From the IMG/VR virus record IMGVR_UViG_2877274432_000004: a DNA stretch of 8,353 nucleotides. One strand, given 5' to 3'. Below are positions 7,375-8,353 of the stretch, piece after piece (positions within the stretch are counted from its first letter, which is position 1; each line of letters opens with the position of its first letter). This stretch comes from a virus (Duplodnaviria; Heunggongvirae; Uroviricota; Caudoviricetes). The notes below the pieces were generated by a model, which worked only from the letters and a program-made list of their open reading frames with translations, searched no databases and was not told where the DNA came from. The translations under genes and the position numbers were made by a program.

Positions 7375-7440
7375 GTGAAAAAAGGTGAAAGAAGCTGATT
7401 TTTGTGAAATTAAGCGAAATCACGTGAAATCAGGTGAAAT
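7375..7440 (+). repeat. Array of six (G)TGAAA(T) direct repeats with roughly 10-bp phasing; candidate protein-binding array (regulatory or packaging)
   Basis: GTGAAA 7375, GGTGAAAG 7384, TGTGAAAT 7403, GCGAAAT 7414, CGTGAAAT 7423, GGTGAAAT 7433. Non-coding: stops in all frames. Confidence 0.5.
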
Positions 7441-7516
7441 AATGATACCCGTTCATCTGGTGCTACCAGACGAAACAGACTTTACCCACGCATAACGCAT
7501 GATTACTATTTTGCCT

Positions 7517-7616
7517 GGCTGTATGGTGTACTCTTAATCGGTAAAGCGGCACCCGCTTGTATAGCTTCCAGAAAGCGGGATGTTTATGTGGGTTCGACCC
7601 CCACCACCAGCAACCA
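7517..7616 (+). other. tRNA-like element, copy 1 (degenerate 5' half; intact T-arm plus acceptor 3' strand)
   Basis: T-stem GTGGG (7588-7592) / CCCAC (7600-7604) with T-loop TTCGACC, followed by CACCAGCA. Shares a ~33-nt block with copy 2. Not a canonical tRNA. Confidence 0.3.
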
Positions 7617-7635
7617 ACAACCTCATTGCTTTTTT

Positions 7636-7717
7636 GCTGGTGTACGCTCAACGGGTAGAGCCGGTGCCAGCCTGTACAGGCTGATCATGTATGCGGGTTC
7701 GACCCCCGCCACCAGCA
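7636..7717 (+). other. tRNA-like element, copy 2: acceptor, D-arm and T-arm are tRNA-like but the anticodon arm is replaced by a perfect 16-nt palindrome
   Basis: Acceptor GCTGGTG (7636-7642) pairs with CACCAGC (7710-7716). D-arm GCTC-AACGGGTA-GAGC. T-arm GCGGG-TTCGACC-CCCGC (7693-7709). Central CAGCCTGTACAGGCTG is a perfect palindrome rather than a 7-nt anticodon loop. No encoded CCA. Confidence 0.35.
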
Positions 7718-7921
7718 CACCAAAACGAGCGCCACATCAACCAGCATTAAAACCGCCCTAAAACCATTTTCAAACTTTCGACAGCGCATACATGAACGCC
7801 ATCGGTTTGCATGTGCACATTGATACCCGTTATCGACGATCAAACAGCAAGGGTATCTTTTTCAAAAAAGGCATACAAAAAGGCATACAAAACGAAAATC
7901 AAAAACACATAATTAATATAA

Positions 7922-8353
7922 ATCAATGGAATAACCAATCAATTCATAGACATCCCGGGTCTGAAATTGCCGCTGTTTGACGGTGGACGGTTGAATGCCA
8001 ATCTCGAAGGCACGCGCGCCGCCAGCAACATGATGATTGAACGTTACAACCAGTCAGTACTGAACGCGGTGCGTGACGTTGCCGTCAACGGCACGCGTCT
8101 GCAAACGCTCAACGACGAGCGAGAAATGCAGGCTGAACACGTGGAAGCAACGCGCTTCACCCAGCGCGCTGCCGAGGCCGCCTATCAGCGCGGCTTAACC
8201 AGCCGCTTACAGGCCACTGAAGCCCGGTTGCCAGTACTTGCCGAAGAGATGTCATTACTGATGCTGGACAGCCGCCGGGTGATCCAAAGCATTCAGTTGA
8301 TGAAATCGCTGGGCGGCGGGTATCAGGCGGCTCCCGTCGTCGAGAAAAAATAA
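7922..8353 (+). pseudogene. 3' fragment of a TolC-family (OMF/NodT-type) outer-membrane efflux protein gene; 5' part absent from this locus, apparently displaced by the island
   Basis: Frame open from 7922 (after TAA at 7919-7921); the ORF track's first start is TTG at 7967. Translation (IDIPGLKLPLFDGGRLNANLEG ... LMKSLGGGYQAAPVVEKK) matches the C-terminal region of outer-membrane efflux factors. Upstream is AT-rich non-coding DNA, so the gene has no N-terminal two-thirds here. Confidence 0.75.

Larger units (their letters stand above)
1..7950. mobile_element. Integrated phage-satellite / PICI-like genomic island (int, alpA, replicase + ori, ssb, PerC-like, Mor-like; no structural genes). Left end lies at or beyond the window start; right junction is approximately 7920-7950.
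   Basis: Gene content and single-strand organisation typical of P4-like/PICI-type satellites. AT-rich repeat-laden DNA at 7740-7920 sits immediately before a 5'-truncated chromosomal gene. Boundaries are inferred, not mapped to att repeats. Confidence 0.6.

Noticed and set aside
7375-7440. Possible CRISPR array
   Set aside because: Repeats are only 6-8 bp, irregular, and have no spacer structure; this is a binding-site-like array, not CRISPR.
7605-7616. AACCA after tRNA-like copy 1 read as an encoded CCA end
   Set aside because: It fits a CCA end only if an 8-nt acceptor strand is assumed. Copy 2 has CACC at the same place, so an encoded CCA is not supported.
7443-7825. 11-bp direct repeat TGATACCCGTT at 7443 and 7811 bracketing the tRNA-like block
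   Set aside because: An exact 11-mer pair is expected several times by chance in an 8.3-kb window. Not enough on its own to call a target-site duplication or att core.
7241-7950. Lambda-type cosN or P2/P4-type cos site at the island end
   Set aside because: No match to the cohesive-end sequences I can recall was seen by eye. Absence is not proven without a search.
7792-7980. ORF 7792-7980 (62 aa) upstream of the efflux fragment
   Set aside because: It lies in AT-rich repeat DNA at the island junction, is in a different frame from the efflux fragment, and has a low-complexity translation.

Overview
The window reads as an integrated enterobacterial phage-satellite-like island of about 8 kb (P4/PICI-type) plus its right chromosomal junction. 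All family assignments come from reading the translations and sequence by eye; no searches were run. Every credible gene is on the + strand: a P4-type tyrosine integrase (1-1266, starting at the window edge), a strongly AT-rich 298-aa cargo ORF co-transcribed with it (1271-2167) and closed by a strong intrinsic terminator, an AlpA-family regulator (2305-2508), two tandem paralogous small ORFs (3040-3228, 3515-3685; Icd/Kil-like by recollection) each behind a conserved structured leader, two small coupled hypothetical ORFs, a RecA-fold replication ATPase (4363-5763) followed by an iteron/AT-rich origin, an SSB with a DDIPF tail (6026-6436), a PerC-like regulator (6447-6719) and a Mor-family activator (6833-7240). 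No capsid, terminase or tail genes are present. The last ~700 bp of the island is non-coding and carries a phased GTGAAAT array and two tandem tRNA-like elements. The island abuts the 3' fragment of a TolC-family outer-membrane efflux gene (7922-8353) that lacks its 5' part. The three observations most worth follow-up are: (i) hairpin-loop to RBS complementarity that covaries between the two small-ORF units, the logic of P1 c4 / P4 CI antisense immunity; (ii) the AT-rich integrase-adjacent cargo gene as a candidate accessory or defence function; (iii) the tRNA-like elements with a compensatory T-stem change.
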